A DNA stretch of 64,000 bases from Eledone cirrhosa. Taxonomy: Eukaryota. The notes below the pieces were generated by a model. It had not been told where the DNA came from and did no database searches. It worked only from the letters and a program-made list of their open reading frames with translations. How positions within the stretch are numbered: position 1 is the stretch's first letter; each line of letters begins with the position of its first letter. Positions 39,385 through 53,040 of the stretch are shown in pieces. The stretch is from contig OZ024744.1 in NCBI GenBank assembly GCA_964016885.1, positions 60,760,001 to 60,824,000 on the forward strand, read 5' to 3'. A program made the translations under genes and the position numbers.

Positions 39385-39605
39385 CCCTTTAGCATTTACA
39401 TTACTCAATATTTACTATTGTATTTTCATGGTAAAGGCTTTATCATACATAATTATCTCACATAATATCGGATCTATGAGATTTTGATATTATTCATTTT
39501 GAGAACAATATTTTAATGTCAATTTGAGTGGCTGGTTACGACCAGTTTGAAGAGATAGAGATGAGAGAATTCTGGCCGGATTTGGCCCGTTTATATGCTA
39601 AAGGG
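39385..39605. mobile_element. piggyBac-type MITE
   Basis: TTAA|CCCTTTAGCAT...ATGCTAAAGGG|TGAA; second copy at 60147-60364. Confidence 0.75.
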
Positions 39606-39764
39606 TGAACAGTTCAACAAAAATGGGATCAATAAAATTAGTACCAGACTTGAAAAAAAAATGTGGTGGATATGCTGGACTAAATGAAGGCAGTAGCCCC
39701 TGCATGGCTGCAGTGCAATAACTAAAAGAATAAAACATTACTATATCAGAATAAATTTGTTTAC

Positions 39765-39895
39765 CTTGCATGGGATGTATCAGGAATAACTTGAACAAAA
39801 CTATTTTCAGCCTCAGAAGGTGACTTTGTCTTCTTGTTTTTACCTAAGGTTAATCTTTTTACTAAACTGGGTTTGTCCTTTTCCTTCTTTTCTTT
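39765..39895 (-). CDS. SH3RF1: SH3RF/POSH exon (131 nt, basic region)
   Basis: KEKKEKDKPSLVKRLTLGKNKKTKSPSEAENSFVQVIPDTSHA(R); tttatAG acceptor, GTAAAC donor. Phase 0 to 2 bridges its neighbours exactly. Confidence 0.88.
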
Positions 39896-39943
39896 CTATA
39901 AAATAGTTAAGGAAACAAATTAATAGTAATAATTATAATAATA

Positions 39944-40342
39944 ATTGTTTCTACAATAGGCACAAGGCCAGCAATTATCCCAGTGTATTACTGGTACTTT
40001 ATTTTATCGACCCCATTAGGATGAAAGGCAAAGTTAACATCGGCGGAATTTGAACTCAGAATGGCAAGGGCCGTAACTCCATGCGTCAAAGCATGGTGTC
40101 CGACCCTCTACCGATACTGCCAATATGGTTTCTGATTAGACATAAGGTCAACAATTTTTGGGGGGTAGGGGAAAGTTGATTAAACCGACCCCAGTGCATT
40201 ACTGGTAGTTTATTTTATTGACTCCGTAAGGATGAAAGGCAAAGCTAGCCTTGGCGGGATTTGAACTCAGAACGTAAAGGGTTATAACTCTATGCCATGA
40301 AGCAGAGTGTTCGACGCTCTAACGATTCAGCCAATCCACCAC
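39944..40342 (-). mobile_element. Two tandem SINE S1 copies
   Basis: S1 body repeated at ~39944-40125 and ~40128-40342. Confidence 0.85.
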
Positions 40343-40363
40343 CAATAATAATAGTAGTAGCAA

Positions 40364-41017
40364 TCTTAAGTTAATAAAGTAAGGAGTGCGGGACTGCGTC
40401 CAGAATATATTTTTTTACCCCGTTTGTAAAATAAGTTGGATTACTTTGAATAAATAATTGTTTCTACTTTTGGCACAATTACCCAGTTTATTACTGGTAC
40501 TTTATTTTATCGATCCCATAAGGATGAAAGGCAAAGTCAACCTCGGCGGGATTTGAACTCAGATCGTAAGGGGACATAACTATGCTGGAAAGCATGGCGT
40601 CCGACCTTCTACTGATACTGCCAATCCACCGCTACTTTGAATAAATAATGAATGAATATTACATAATTTATGTGCTAAATTTTATAGCTTATTTAAAGAC
40701 CTTTAAAATTTTCAAATGTCAACACTTCCGGTTAGCAGCCGTTATATTATAACACTTATAAAAATATCACATATATTTCCGTCGCTAATTTTCTCCTAAT
40801 GCAGTTTATATGTAATATATTTTTTTAATGTATCATGGATTACGTTACTGATTACATAAGACAGTGTAACATAGACTTTGTTCAATTTCTGTGTATATTG
40901 TCAATTATGATTTTATTTGATGTATCATATCTACATGTATATATATTTGTGTATAATATCAATATACACACTACACATGCTAGCAGAAAATCACCCGAAG
41001 GGTGGTTTTTCTGCTAG
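40364..41017 (+). mobile_element. Non-autonomous Helitron with nested SINE S1 (40459-40632, minus)
   Basis: TC start, hairpin plus CTAG|T end, homologous to 4873-5396. The SINE is flanked by a 17-bp TSD TACTTTGAATAAATAAT. Confidence 0.85.
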
Positions 41018-41030
41018 TATTAATAATAAA

Positions 41031-42783
41031 CATCTGAAAAAGTAATAGCGCAACTAATCAGAGAGCGAATTGATCTAGATGAAATGCAGTTCGGGTTTGT
41101 GTCAGGTAAAAGTACCACAGACTCGCTTTTCATTGTATGACAACTACAGGAGAAGTACCTAGCTAAAAGTAAACCCCTCTACTTAGCTTTTGTAGACCTG
41201 GAGAAAGTCTTTGACAGAGTCCCCCCTCTCCATTATCTGGTAGGCTCTTAGAAAACTAGGTGTTGATGAATGGCTTGTGAGAGCTATACAAGCCATGTAT
41301 AAAGAAACAGTCAGCAAGGTTAGAATTAACAACGAATATAGTGAAGAGTTTAGCGTAAAAGCCGGTGTTCATCAGGGCTCTGTCCTTAGCCCCCTCCAAG
41401 CTATAACGGAGGAGTTCAAGACCGGCTGCCCATGGGAACTCCTATATGCAGATGATCTAATGCTCATAGCCGAATCAATGGCTGAACTAGAGAAGAAATT
41501 CAAAACATGGAAGTATGGCCTAGAATCAAAAGGCCTTAAAGTTAACTTGTCTAAGACTAAAGTTCTAGTTTGTAGGAAGGAAAATAGGGCACCGGTCCCA
41601 TCTGGGAAATGGCCATGCTCAGTGTGTAGGAAAGGAGTAGACAGAAACTCCATTTTATGTCCCAAATGCAAAGTATGGGTACATAAAAGAGGTAGTGGGA
41701 TCACAGGTAAGCTAACTAAGAATATAGATTTTATATGTGGCCGGTGCTCTGGTGCAATAAGTAGCAGCAAATGCCCACAGAATATTAGCTCATTCCATTG
41801 CCCAGATGGTTCTATAGAAATAGTGGACACCTTCCGTTACCTGGGTGACAAAATCAGCAGTGGTGGAGGGTACTCTGAAAGTACAGTAGCAAGAGTCCGA
41901 ATGGGATGGAAAAAGTTCAGAGAGCTTATACCACTATTGGCCGCTAAAGGTTTCTCTCTAAAAATAAAAGGCAGGCTGTATGATGCCTGCATACGAACAG
42001 CGATGTTACATGGCAGTGGGACTTGGGCATTGTGTGCAGAGGATATACGCAGACTGGAGAAGAACGAAGCTTGCATGCCCCATTGGATGTGTAATAGTAA
42101 TATACGCAAACGGCAAAGCATAAATGAACTAAGTGAGAAATTAGGAATAAGTGGGATCAGATGTTGTTTACTCGGGAGAAGACTACGTTGGAATGGTCAC
42201 GTGATGCGCATGAAAGACGACAGCTGTATAAAAAAGTGCAGGGCGATCAAAATAGACGGTAACTACAGAGTAGGCAGACCCAGAAAAACCTGGGACGACT
42301 TGATAAAATCGGACCTCACACACTTACACCTCTCAATGTCTCTGGACCGATATCTTTGGCGTTACATAGTAATACAGAAGACCCGCCTTGCCTAAGTACA
42401 AAGCGAAACCTACAGTCAGTAGGCACCTCTTAACCAAAATACACCCCCGTCCCACTAACCCTACCCCCACCGCCATCTACACCACCCCTTTCGATGTAAA
42501 GCTATGTTGGTACCGCAACATCCAGTCCTAAATAAATGAGGTCGTGTAGGTGTCACAACAAAAAAAACCACACAGTTCACGCTGTAATGTGGCCGTGTAA
42601 GTAACACGGTAAAAACCTCCCAGTCCACACTGTAAACGTGGTTGGTGTTAGGAAGGGCATCCAGCCGTAAAAAACCCACCAGACAGTCCCGAGCAAGACA
42701 ACCAATCTTGCCTCTAGTGGGACAATTCCCGTCCAGACCCATGCTAGCGTGGAAAATGGACGTTAAATGATGATGATGATGAT
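41031..42783 (+). mobile_element. RTE-clade LINE, 5'-truncated; RT ORF remnant 41277-42395 with PHD-like finger; (ATG)n tail
   Basis: GVHQGSVLSP, LLYADD, FRYLG, LRWNGHVMR, GRPRKTW. Upstream in-frame stops and a short deletion after LSPL indicate it is inactive. Confidence 0.92.
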
Positions 42784-43790
42784 CTCTTGTATATGGATAA
42801 TCTTAAGCTGTAGACTGCAGATGATAGACAACTGGAAATGTCACTCTAGACAGTACACAGATTTACCAAAGAAATAGACATGACATTTGGATTTAAAAAT
42901 GTACCAAGGCATGTTTGAAGAGAAGAAAACTAGTTAAAATCACTAATATCATGCCAGATATAAAAACTGAGATAAGAGAATTAGATCAAACACAGACATA
43001 CAAATACTTAGGAATCAACTAGACAGTGTACAATACACACACATGGAAGTAAAAGATTAGAAAAGACATTAGATTATTACTGAAGACAGAACTAAATGTA
43101 ATGAAAATGGTAAGAGGAATCATTCTGACTGTCCCAGTAATAAGCTACAGTTTTAAAATTCTTAACTGGAGAGTAAACAAACTAGTAAAACTATACTGAA
43201 AAACAAGAAAAATAATGGTTGCATCTAGAATACATCCCTCCCAAATCAAATATAGAAAGATTATATTTACATAAGGGCAGTGAATTGGCAGTATCGGTAG
43301 AGGGTTGGATGCCATGCTTTCTAGCATAGTTACATCCCTTTACGGTCTGAGTTCAAATCCCGTCGAGTTTAACTTTGCCTTTCATCCTTACGGGGTCGAT
43401 AAAATAAAGTACCAGTAATGTACTGGGTAATTGCTGGCTTTGTGCCAAAAGTAGAAACAATTATTTACATTTACCAAGACTACAAGGAGTGGGGGCCTTA
43501 TGAAACTAGAGAACTATTAATTATAAAATATCCACTGTAGGACTACAAAAATAGCTAATGATACAAAATAAAGAATTATTTTCTGTCTTGAAGGAAGCCA
43601 ACAAGTACAAAACAGAAGCTGAATTGACATAGTTATGAAAAAATGATAAAAAAAAAGAGAAGAAAATAACAAGAATGTTAAAATCTAAATTGAAAACAGA
43701 CTGTCATATTAAAACGGAAGAATAAATTTAATGGAACGAAACGCAATCATGTTAATTTAGAGATATATCAGATGGAAGAATGGTATTTAA
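42784..43790 (+). mobile_element. Decayed R4/Dong-like RT fragment interrupted by SINE S1 (~43275-43462, +)
   Basis: LLYMDNLKL...MTFG...TYKYLGI remnants; the SINE is flanked by an ATTTACAT duplication. Confidence 0.6.
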
Positions 43791-43799
43791 CTAATGTAT

Positions 43800-44690
43800 T
43801 ATGATCAGGCCCACCCACAGCCCTGGCGGACAGAATGGAGAAGGCGTTTCCCTGGAGGACGGCAAGGGAGACGCGCTGGAAAAGCCACTCCAATTCACGG
43901 GGCTCACACCTGCGGCTGGCCAGCTCAACGCCTATGGTGATGAGTAAGGAGGTAGCCCTGGGGCCAACGACACCAGAAGTCTCCACTGCCAGGGGTCCGA
44001 CCACAAACCTGTCGGAGAGCGACCGGTATTTGAGGAGTTTGGCCCCTTCACAGACTGCACCAGGTTGCGGCTGTAGAAAGTGTCGGTGCAAGTGGCATCC
44101 CAGACGAGGGGTTTGCCACCGCGGAACAGGAAGATGGTCATGCCATCTGGCCTTTTGCTGTCCCTTCGATCCAGCCCCACTGGCTCGAGCTGGGAAGGGA
44201 AGCCTGCAGCATCCAAGCCATGCTTAATGACCTCGTTGAGGGCAGCATGGCGGAGAAGGCAGCCGGCACTGTGGTGACAGGAAAGCGGGTGGAGGCCGAA
44301 AGAGTCCACGGTGGAACCGCAGCGACATTGGTGTGGCTGGCAGATCCGGAGGCCGAGCCTCAGGGAAACGCCGATTCGCAGGCTATGGTTGTCTAGCTGC
44401 GTGCCAGTGGAGAAGGAGGGCAAGGCATGGAGCCAGGCACCTGCTAATGAGGACGCGGCACGAGGTTACCGACGAAAGATACGCCGGCAAAGCTAGTGAG
44501 ATCGGAGACCGGAGGCCAAGGCATCATACCTGACCGGTAAAGTGGCCTGTTGCCACCCTATGTCGTCAAACTTGACGTTGCATATCCCCTCGGCTGCTGC
44601 TCGGATACAAGTATCGAGGTCAGCGACGAGAGATGTCTGGGTGTAGCACGGAGCGCTGCGGAGTGTATAGAGGAGCTAGGTTTTTGCTAG
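43800..44690 (-). mobile_element. CRE-like non-LTR retrotransposon fragment (RLE domain)
   Basis: CRCGSTVDSFGLHPLSC...RH...KRPDGMT...LVWDATC, frameshifted into LAVETSG...FQRVSLAVLQGNA. Confidence 0.85.
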
Positions 44691-44989
44691 TTTGACTCTG
44701 AGGCCTTTTGATTCCATATCTGGAATTTCTTCTTTAGTTCTGCCAGTTTTAGACTGCTCTGTTATGGCTCAAAGGACAATAATAAATAGGAGGGGGATGA
44801 GGGCAGAGCCCTGGTGGATTGCCGCCTGCACATAAAATTAATCACTATATTCATTGTTGATTCAAACGTTACTGACTGTACCTCCATACATAGCTTTTAC
44901 TACTCTTACAAACCATTCCTCTACTCTTATTTTTTAAAGAGCCCACCAGATTATGAACCCTGTCAAAAACTTTTTCCAGATCAACGAAT

Positions 44990-45900
44990 GCACTAGAAGG
45001 GCTCACTCTTAGCTAGGAACATCTCCTGCAGTTGTCTCACAAGGAAGAGAGCATTTGTGCTACTTTTACCTGGCGTAAAGCCAAACTGTACCTCATCTAT
45101 GCTATCTCCAATTAGTTGTGCAATAACTCTTTCAATAACTTTTGTAACACAACCCAACAACTTGAGGCTTCTATAGTTTCCTCTAATTAGTGCATCTCCT
45201 TTGCTCTTGTAACAGTTGACGCTGTTACTACACCAGTCATTACGTATGGTACCATCCTGTATTACTTGATTTACTATGCACATAGTTAGTGAATGCTCCA
45301 CCCAACTAGATGCATTTGGCATCTCAGCTACTATCTCTGGTGTACCTGCTACTTTACCTGTCTTCATATCCTCAATTGCCTTACTACACTATTGCTAACA
45401 TGGATGGTCAGACCCACTGTCAGATCTGCTTGAGGTAAGCCATCTTCCTCCCATGCATTCTTCTCATTTAACAGTTTCTCATAATGGCACTTTCATGTTT
45501 CTTTCTTCTCAGCATCAGTGAAAGCAAGTGTCCACTGTCATTTCATACACATTTCTCCCCAACATCTTAATTTTTCCTTTAAATACTACCTTACAATCCT
45601 GACACTTATGGTCCCCATACTTGCAGAGCATGCACAAACTTCTTTTTTGCTTCACTCCTAGCTAAGTATATCAGCCATCTGGCTTCTCTTCTAGCATTTT
45701 GATATTGTTCCCTGCTTCCTCCATTTTGCCAGTCTTTCCATGCCTATTTCTTAACTTTGACTGCCTTATCTACCCTTCTATTCCATCACCATGTCACTCT
45801 AGGTATTCCTAGGGCCTTACATCATCCACAGACCTTGTCAGTAGCCTTCAGCAGGTTAAAGACAAAACTTGTTTGGTCTTTGCCTATACCTGTTTTGTTG
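44990..45900 (-). mobile_element. RTE LINE fragment (RT N-terminal part)
   Basis: MKTGKVAG...YKSKGDALIRGNYRSLKLL...QFGFTPGKSSTNALFLVRQLQE. Confidence 0.85.
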
Positions 45901-46349
45901 CCTCCCAATGTGCACAGGATTGAACAGTATGAACCTTAATGCACTGAAACTGCAGTGATTTCCAGAATTTGACTGAGGAGATGGGACTGCTTAATTTTCC
46001 GTTGACTTTGTCCTGCCGTTTTGAATTCATATTTAAAAGACTTAGCTACACAGGCCATTTTAAATCTCCCCTTCTTTCTGTGTGCGTGTGTGTGTGAGTG
46101 TGAGTGTGAGTGTGTGTGTGTGTGTGCGCGCGCATGTGCGTGTGTATATATATATATATTTGAAAAAAAGGAAAAGAATGACCACTTGTAGTTCTAAACA
46201 ATTTGATTTAATTTTATAATATTATATAAAAAAAAGATCTACCAACTCCTAATATTACAAAATTAAATCAAATTCTTTAGAACTACAAGTGAAGTCATTC
46301 TTTTCCTTTTTTCAAATATACCTAACTGTACCAAGGATCTCACACATTT

Positions 46350-46390
<41 letters not shown>

Positions 46391-48077
46391 GGCGTGTGGC
46401 TTTGTGGTTATTGCAATTCAGCTCACAGTCATGAGTTCAATTCCTGGCAGCGCACTGTGTCCTTCAGAAAGACGCTCCCCTTGTCACATTCAGCATCACT
46501 CTGAATCTCCCTGAGAACTATGTTAAGGGTATTCATGTTTGTAGAATGCTGAGCCACTTGTACGTTAATTTCATGAGCAGGCTGTTCCACTGATTGGATC
46601 AACTGGAACACTTGTCGTCGTAACCGACGGAGTGCCTTCCATCCATTATATATGTATATGTGTGTGTGTGTTTGGCATACTTTTTATAACTGGAACCCTT
46701 TCTATCCCAAACCCCTTAACTGTGTGGACCGAGTGCATTTTATTGTGCCATTAATATTGCGTACATACAGATATCATCAACATTTTTATTGCAGGAGTAG
46801 ATAGCCACAATCCTTCTTCACCCATTGCAGCTTTCATATAATCAGTTGTGGTCTCATATTCGGGTGATTAGCCTTGGATATTGGTGGGATTTGAATTCAG
46901 AACACAAAGTACAAGAGTAGATACTGCAAGATATCTTATCCAACACTCTAACAATTCCACCATCCACTTCCATGGACTGGTACTTTATTTTATTGATTAA
47001 GAAAGCAAAGTCAATTAGAGTGCAGAAAGCTGAAATAAATACCACAAAACATTCTACTTGATCATTAACAACCCTGCATGTGTGTAAAAGAAAAGGATGA
47101 ATGTGTGTTAGTGCATTCAAACAGGACAAAAAAAATACAAAATAGTACAAATCAAAATGACAAACTTACAGTCATCACTATAATTTTACATTCATTTTCC
47201 ATGGTAGCATGGGTTGGATGGGTTTTTATATACCAAGACAGTACTTAATTAAAGCTACTGTCCTCCTACTCAGGTGGTGACCACATCTCACATTCTTGTT
47301 TTGAAATAATTGCTACAGCTGGAAGCCCTTCCTAGCATTAACCACTTTATAGAATGTACTGGGTGCATTTTATTATAGCACCAGCTCTAGGCAGGTTGTT
47401 TTGTACTTGATACAACTGAAGAGCTCTCGCAACCCTTTGTTTGGCAGGTTTCTGTAGCTGAATGCCCTTCCTATCATCAACCACTTTATATAATATCCTA
47501 CGTGCATTTGATCATGGAATCCCACACTGTAAACGTGGTTGGTGTTAGGAAGGGCATCCAGCCATAGAAAACCTGCCAGACAGTCCCATACGAGCGAGAC
47601 GATCAATTTTGCCTCAAGTGGGACAATTCTCGTCTAAACCCATGCTAGCGTGGAAGATAGACGTTAAACGATGATGATGATGAATCAACCAAAAAGGGTA
47701 GTGAGGACACTTCAGTCACATCAAGGTTATGATGATCTTTCTAGTGCTGGTGTGTGTCACGATAAAATGTTTCTAGTACACTCTGTAAGGTGAAAGTGCT
47801 GGTACAATAATAAAATGCATCAAGAACATATTGTAAAGTGGTTGCTGTTAGGATGGGCATCCAGTTGTAGAAACCATGCTAAAACTGGAATGTAAATGAT
47901 AAGTGGTTCCTGGTGGGTATAAGAGGACTGTAGTTCTAATTGAATACTGAGAGTTGTCTGTAACGACCTGTCAAACCCATGCTAGCATGGAAAAACGGAT
48001 ATTAAATAATGATGATGGTGAATGACAAAATCAAGAGCTAAGATTATTATCTTCAAGTTTCAGGAATCAAATCTTAC

Positions 48078-48870
48078 CTTGTCCTTTGAGCTGTGATGAG
48101 GCGTCGACGACGAACCAGGTGTGAGTCCAGCTACAACGTTAGGCGGAGTTGTGACGTTAGCAACAGCTGACATGGAATGTTGCATCTGTGAGAAGACGAA
48201 ATCCGTGTTCCTGCGAGGAGGGTTGAGGTTTTGAGCATGGTGTGAAGCAGCAACACCACCTGCACCTGCAGAATTCTTTACACCCGTTGAGTTACCAGCT
48301 GCAGCAGGTGAATGGTGAATTTTTGCAGAAATGCTTTCGGGAGTTGAGTTTGTGGCAATCTGCATTGAAGGTATAACTATGGATGAAGATGATGGTGCAC
48401 TAATTCTGCTGCTAGTGGCAGGGCCTATGTTGGTGGTGGTGGTAGTAATAGTAGTAACAGTGCTATTGTTATTATTAATATTATTGTTATTATTATTGTT
48501 GTTGTTGTTGCTGCTGCTGCTGTAAGCAGCAGCCAGTATAGATGAGGAAGTAGAGGGTGCCGACGACGACGACGTTGAATGCAGAGCACGGGACCGTATC
48601 GGTGGCGCTGCGATGCTAGTCGCAGTTGAACGATGTGGTCCTGTGCTACTGCTGCTTGTCCCCGAAGAAGTGCCACTTGAGCGGAGGTGCGGCTGGAAAA
48701 CAGTGGCTGGTGGAGGCGCCGGTGGTGGTGTGTCAGCATTACCACTACATGGAGGTGGCGGTGAGCTGAAGAACATCGAGCCGGTGGAGTCATTTAAATC
48801 TGATGACACTGATGGTGATGAAGGCATCTCCTTTGATCTAGGATGGACTGCCCCAAAATAATTTGCAGAC
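48078..48870 (-). CDS. SH3RF1: SH3RF/POSH large low-complexity exon (793 nt; S/P/T/N-rich)
   Basis: Open frame (R)SANYFGAVHPRSKEMPSS...HHSSKDK; cttgtAG acceptor, GTAAGA donor; phase 2 to 0. Confidence 0.88.
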
Positions 48871-49689
48871 CTACAAGATAATATTTATTTAGTAACCATA
48901 AAGGGTTTACAAAAAAAGCACATTAAGGATAGTACATTACAATATAGTGTAGTTTTATGGAAACATAAAAATGAGAAATAACAAAAACAAAAGAGGCAAC
49001 AATAAAATTCAAAACAGAAAATTATCCAAAAGGGAGGAGACTTCTGAGGAGTACTCATGGGAAAAATCCACATAAAGCTATGTTGCCTTCCCACATTTGT
49101 TTTCCTCCAATCTACATGTGCATGCTTACAGCAAACCACCCGCCCCCTCACCTGGACCATGCTTGCAACTCTCATCCATCTTTCAACAAATTTGCTGGAA
49201 GGGGGCACTCCCCTCTCCACCCTAAATTTCCTTTTTAATTAAAACTTGAAAAAGTCTATAAGGGCTCAGCTAAAGAGGAATGTGTCTATCTTCAGCCCTT
49301 TTAATCTTATCTTCCACACAACTTCATTTGCTATGGCTATCAGACAGAAATAAATTGTTTGTCCATTCTTTCCAAAAAATGGAAGGTGGTCTGGTGCTAT
49401 TCCTAATGGACATAGCTTATAGCCAGATCTATCCTACATGTGATAGTGGCAGTTTGATGTAACTCCACAAGTCAACAATGATTGAAAACTGGATGTGTGT
49501 GTGTGTGCAGGATAATTCTATTGTGTATCTTTGACAGGCCCAACTGATGTCACTTCCACATCTGAGGTGTTTATCCCAAACTAGCAAAGCCCTTCAGCAA
49601 AACTGTCATGCTAGGAATTTCTAGAAATTATCCAACAGCCCTGTTCCAAATATCCTCTGGAACAGACTATTTGTAATTGATACAATTAA

Positions 49690-51160
49690 AAGTGGGATCA
49701 CAAGTAAGCTAACTAAGAATATAAATTTTATATGTGGCCGGTGCTCTGGTGCAATAAGTAGTAGCAAGTGCCCACAGAATACTAGCTCATTCCATTGCCC
49801 AGATGGTTCTATAGAAATAGTGGACACCTTCTGGTACCTGGGCGACAAAATCAGCAGTGGGGGAGGGTGCTCTGAAAGTACAGTAGCTAGAATCAGAACG
49901 GGATGGAAAAAGTTCAGAGAGCTTATACCACTATTGGCCGCTAAAGGGTTCTCTCTAAAAATGAAAGGCAGGCTGTATGATGCCTGCATACGAACAGCAA
50001 TGTTACATGGCAGTGAGACCTGGGCATTGTGTGCAGAGGATATACGCAGACTGGAGAGAAACGAAGCTTGCATGCTCCGCTGGATGTATAATAGTAATAT
50101 ACGTGAACGGCAAAGCATAAACGAACTAAGGGAGAAATTAGCAATAAGAGGATCAGATGTTGTTTACTCGAGAGAAGACTACGTTGGTATGGTCACGTGA
50201 TGCGCATGAAAGACGACAGCTGTATAAAAAAGTGCAGGGCGATAAAAATAGACGGTAGCTATGGAGTAGGCAAACCCAGAAAAACCTGGGACGACTTGAT
50301 AAATTCCGACCTCACACACTTACACCTCTCCAAGACAATGTCACTGGACCGAGATCTTTAGCGTACACAGTAATACAGAAGACCTGCCTTGCCTAAGTAC
50401 AAAGCGAAACCTACAGTCAGTAGGCACCTCTAACAAAAATACATCCCTGTCCCACTACCCACTTCAATGTAAAGTTATGTTGATACCACAACATCCAGTC
50501 CAAAACAAATGAGGTCGTGTAACTGTCACGACAAAAAAAAAAAACACAGTCCACGCTGTAATGTGGCCGTGTAGGTAACATGGTAAAAACCTCCCAGTCC
50601 ACACTGTAAACGTGGTTGGTGTTAGGAAGGGCAGCCAACCGTAGAAAACCCGCCAGACGTGTAGGTGTCACGACAAAAAAACACACAGTCCACGCTGTAA
50701 TGTGGCCGTGTAGGTAACACGGTAAAAACCTCCCAGTCCACACTGTAAACGTGGTTGGTGTTAGGAAGGGCAGCCAACCGTAGAAAACCCGCCAGACGTG
50801 TAGGTGTCACGACAAAAAAACACACAGTCCACGCTGTAATGTGGCCGTGTAGGTAACACGGTAAAAACCTCCCAGTCCACACTGTAAACATGGTTGGTGT
50901 TAGGAAGGGCAGCCAACCGTAGAAAACCCGCCAGACGTGTAGGTGTCACGACAAAAAAACACACAGTCCACGCTGTAATGTGGCCGTGTAGGTAACACGG
51001 TAAAAACCTCCCAGTCCACACTGTAAACGTGGTTGGTGTAGGAAGGGCATCCAGCCGTAGAAAACCTGCCATACAGTCCTATACGAGCAGGACAACTCCC
51101 GTTCAAACCCATGCAAGCGTGGAAGATGGACGTTAAACAATGATGATGATGATGATAATG
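49690..51160 (+). mobile_element. RTE LINE 3' fragment with tandemly amplified 3' UTR
   Basis: Closely similar to 41690-42783 and ends in (ATG)n. Confidence 0.9.
50515..51065. repeat. 139-bp tandem repeat, ~4 copies
   Basis: Near-identical units starting at about 50658, 50797 and 50936, plus a preceding variant. Confidence 0.92.
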
Positions 51161-52456
51161 ATGAAAATGATATTTAACAATTTTTATAAAAACAGACAGT
51201 TTACCTGTAAATAGCAACACTAGGGTTATGTATGAATCAACAAGGAAAACTTTATGTAGTATCTCAGCCTGTTAGAGACTCTCAAATCACATCATATTGT
51301 CTTAACCCTGTTGTTTCTCTATTTCTAATGAAAGATACTGCCTACGATATTCAAATAATTAAAAAAATAATCCAAAATTTGATGGGATTTAATAATATAT
51401 CTAATTTTTTTAATTAAGTTGAAGTTTGGATCATAACTTAACAAAGGTTCTTAGATAAACACTTTAAAATAAATATTTTCATATAATAGAGCCAGGGGTG
51501 ATTTCAGTTGATTCTGTATAAAAAGGGTTAATAAAGATGGACAATAGTTCTCAATCTAAATAAAAGATGACATGGCCATAGCTAAAACATTATGACAATA
51601 TATCTTTTTAATCACGGTTCATTTGGAATCTAAAAAACAACAATGCTGTTAACATTTATACTCATATATACATGAAAATCATCATCATCATCATCACCAT
51701 TTAGCATCCATTTTTTCCACGCTTGCATGGGTTAGATGGGGCATCCACACCGGGAGGCAAGTCTAGCCAGAGTTGGCCATGCCATACCTTGCTCCGATGA
51801 GAACTATAAATTTGGCTGGGTATTTAACAGCTGGTTGCTATTCCTAACACCAACCACATTTACACTGTGAAACTGGATGGCTCTGTTATGAGGAGGGACA
51901 GGCCAGTTGGCCACGGCATACCCGTCTCACAATGGAACTATTGTTTTGGAGTTCGACCCATCTCACAGCAGAACTATAATTCAGGAGCCCAGTACTGGAT
52001 AACACCAATATGAAGAGACTAAACCTATCTCACAGTGTAGCCATAGTTTTGGTGCCTGGTACTGAGTGGCACCGCTATGAGAAGGGACAGGCTGGTTGTC
52101 CACACCAAACCTACCACAGTTTGGGAAAATAATGTGAAAAATTTGCATATAACTTATCTACTTGACCAACAAAACCGTAATTCAAAATATATGTTACATT
52201 GTAAAATGGAGATGTGACATATATATATGAATATATACACACACACACACGCATATATATACCATATATACTCATGCATATGTCAAATTTTTTCTCATGA
52301 AAAATAATCATGTGACTTATCTATTGGACCTACAAAACCTCACTTCAAAATATATAGTACACCCAATCAGGTGATTGTGGTAGAAGTACATGCTGTGAAG
52401 TAGCTGACATTAGGAAGTGCATCCAGCTGTAGAAACCATGCTCAAATGGAACATAT

Positions 52457-52647
52457 AATTGTTTCTACTTTTGGCACAAGGCCACCAATTACCCAGTACA
52501 TTACTGGTACTTTATTTTATCGACCCCGTAAGGATGAAAGGCAGAGTTAACCTCGGCGGGATTTGAACTCAGAATGGCAAGGGCCGTAACTCTATGCATC
52601 AAAGCATGGTATCCAACCCTCTACCGATACTGCCAATTCACCGCCCT
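52457..52647 (-). mobile_element. SINE S1 with TSD AAATGGAACATATAAT
   Basis: S1 body with a duplicated flank at ~52444 and ~52650. Confidence 0.85.
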
Positions 52648-52682
52648 GGAAATGGAACATATAATAAAGACAAATCATCCGT

Positions 52683-53040
52683 CTGTAAAGTGGTTGCATA
52701 GGTGTCATGACAAAAAGAACCCAATACACACTGTTGATGTGGCTGGCATTAGGAAGCTGTAAAGTGGTTGCATAGGTGTCATGACAAAAAGAACCCAATA
52801 CACACTGTTGATGTGGCTGGCATTAGGAAGCTGTAAAGTGGTTGCATAGGTGTCATGACAAAAAGAACCCAATACACACTGTTGATGTGGCTGGCATTAG
52901 GAAGCTGTAAAGTGGTTGCATAGGTGTCATGACAAAAAGAACCCAATACACACTGTTGATGTGGCTGGCATTAGGAAGCTGTAAAGTGGTTGCATAGGTG
53001 TCATGACAAAAAGAACCCAATATACTGTTGGCTTTAGGAA
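52683..53040. repeat. 74-bp tandem repeat, ~4.7 copies
   Basis: Identical units at 52683, 52757, 52831, 52905 and a partial unit at 52979, derived from an RTE-tail-like sequence. Confidence 0.93.

Noticed and set aside
41277-42395. 372-aa ORF as a functional or domesticated RT gene
   Set aside because: It is 5'-truncated with upstream stops, a deletion after LSPL and a lost zinc ligand, and it has multiple decayed paralogs.
48331-48861. Plus-strand and alternate-frame ORFs overlapping the large POSH exons (also 58851-59258, 59016-59246, 39032-39313)
   Set aside because: They are shadow frames of GC-rich or low-complexity coding sequence.
50515-53040. Regularly spaced repeats resembling a CRISPR array
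   Set aside because: The units are identical end to end with no unique spacers, there are no cas genes, and the context is eukaryotic.
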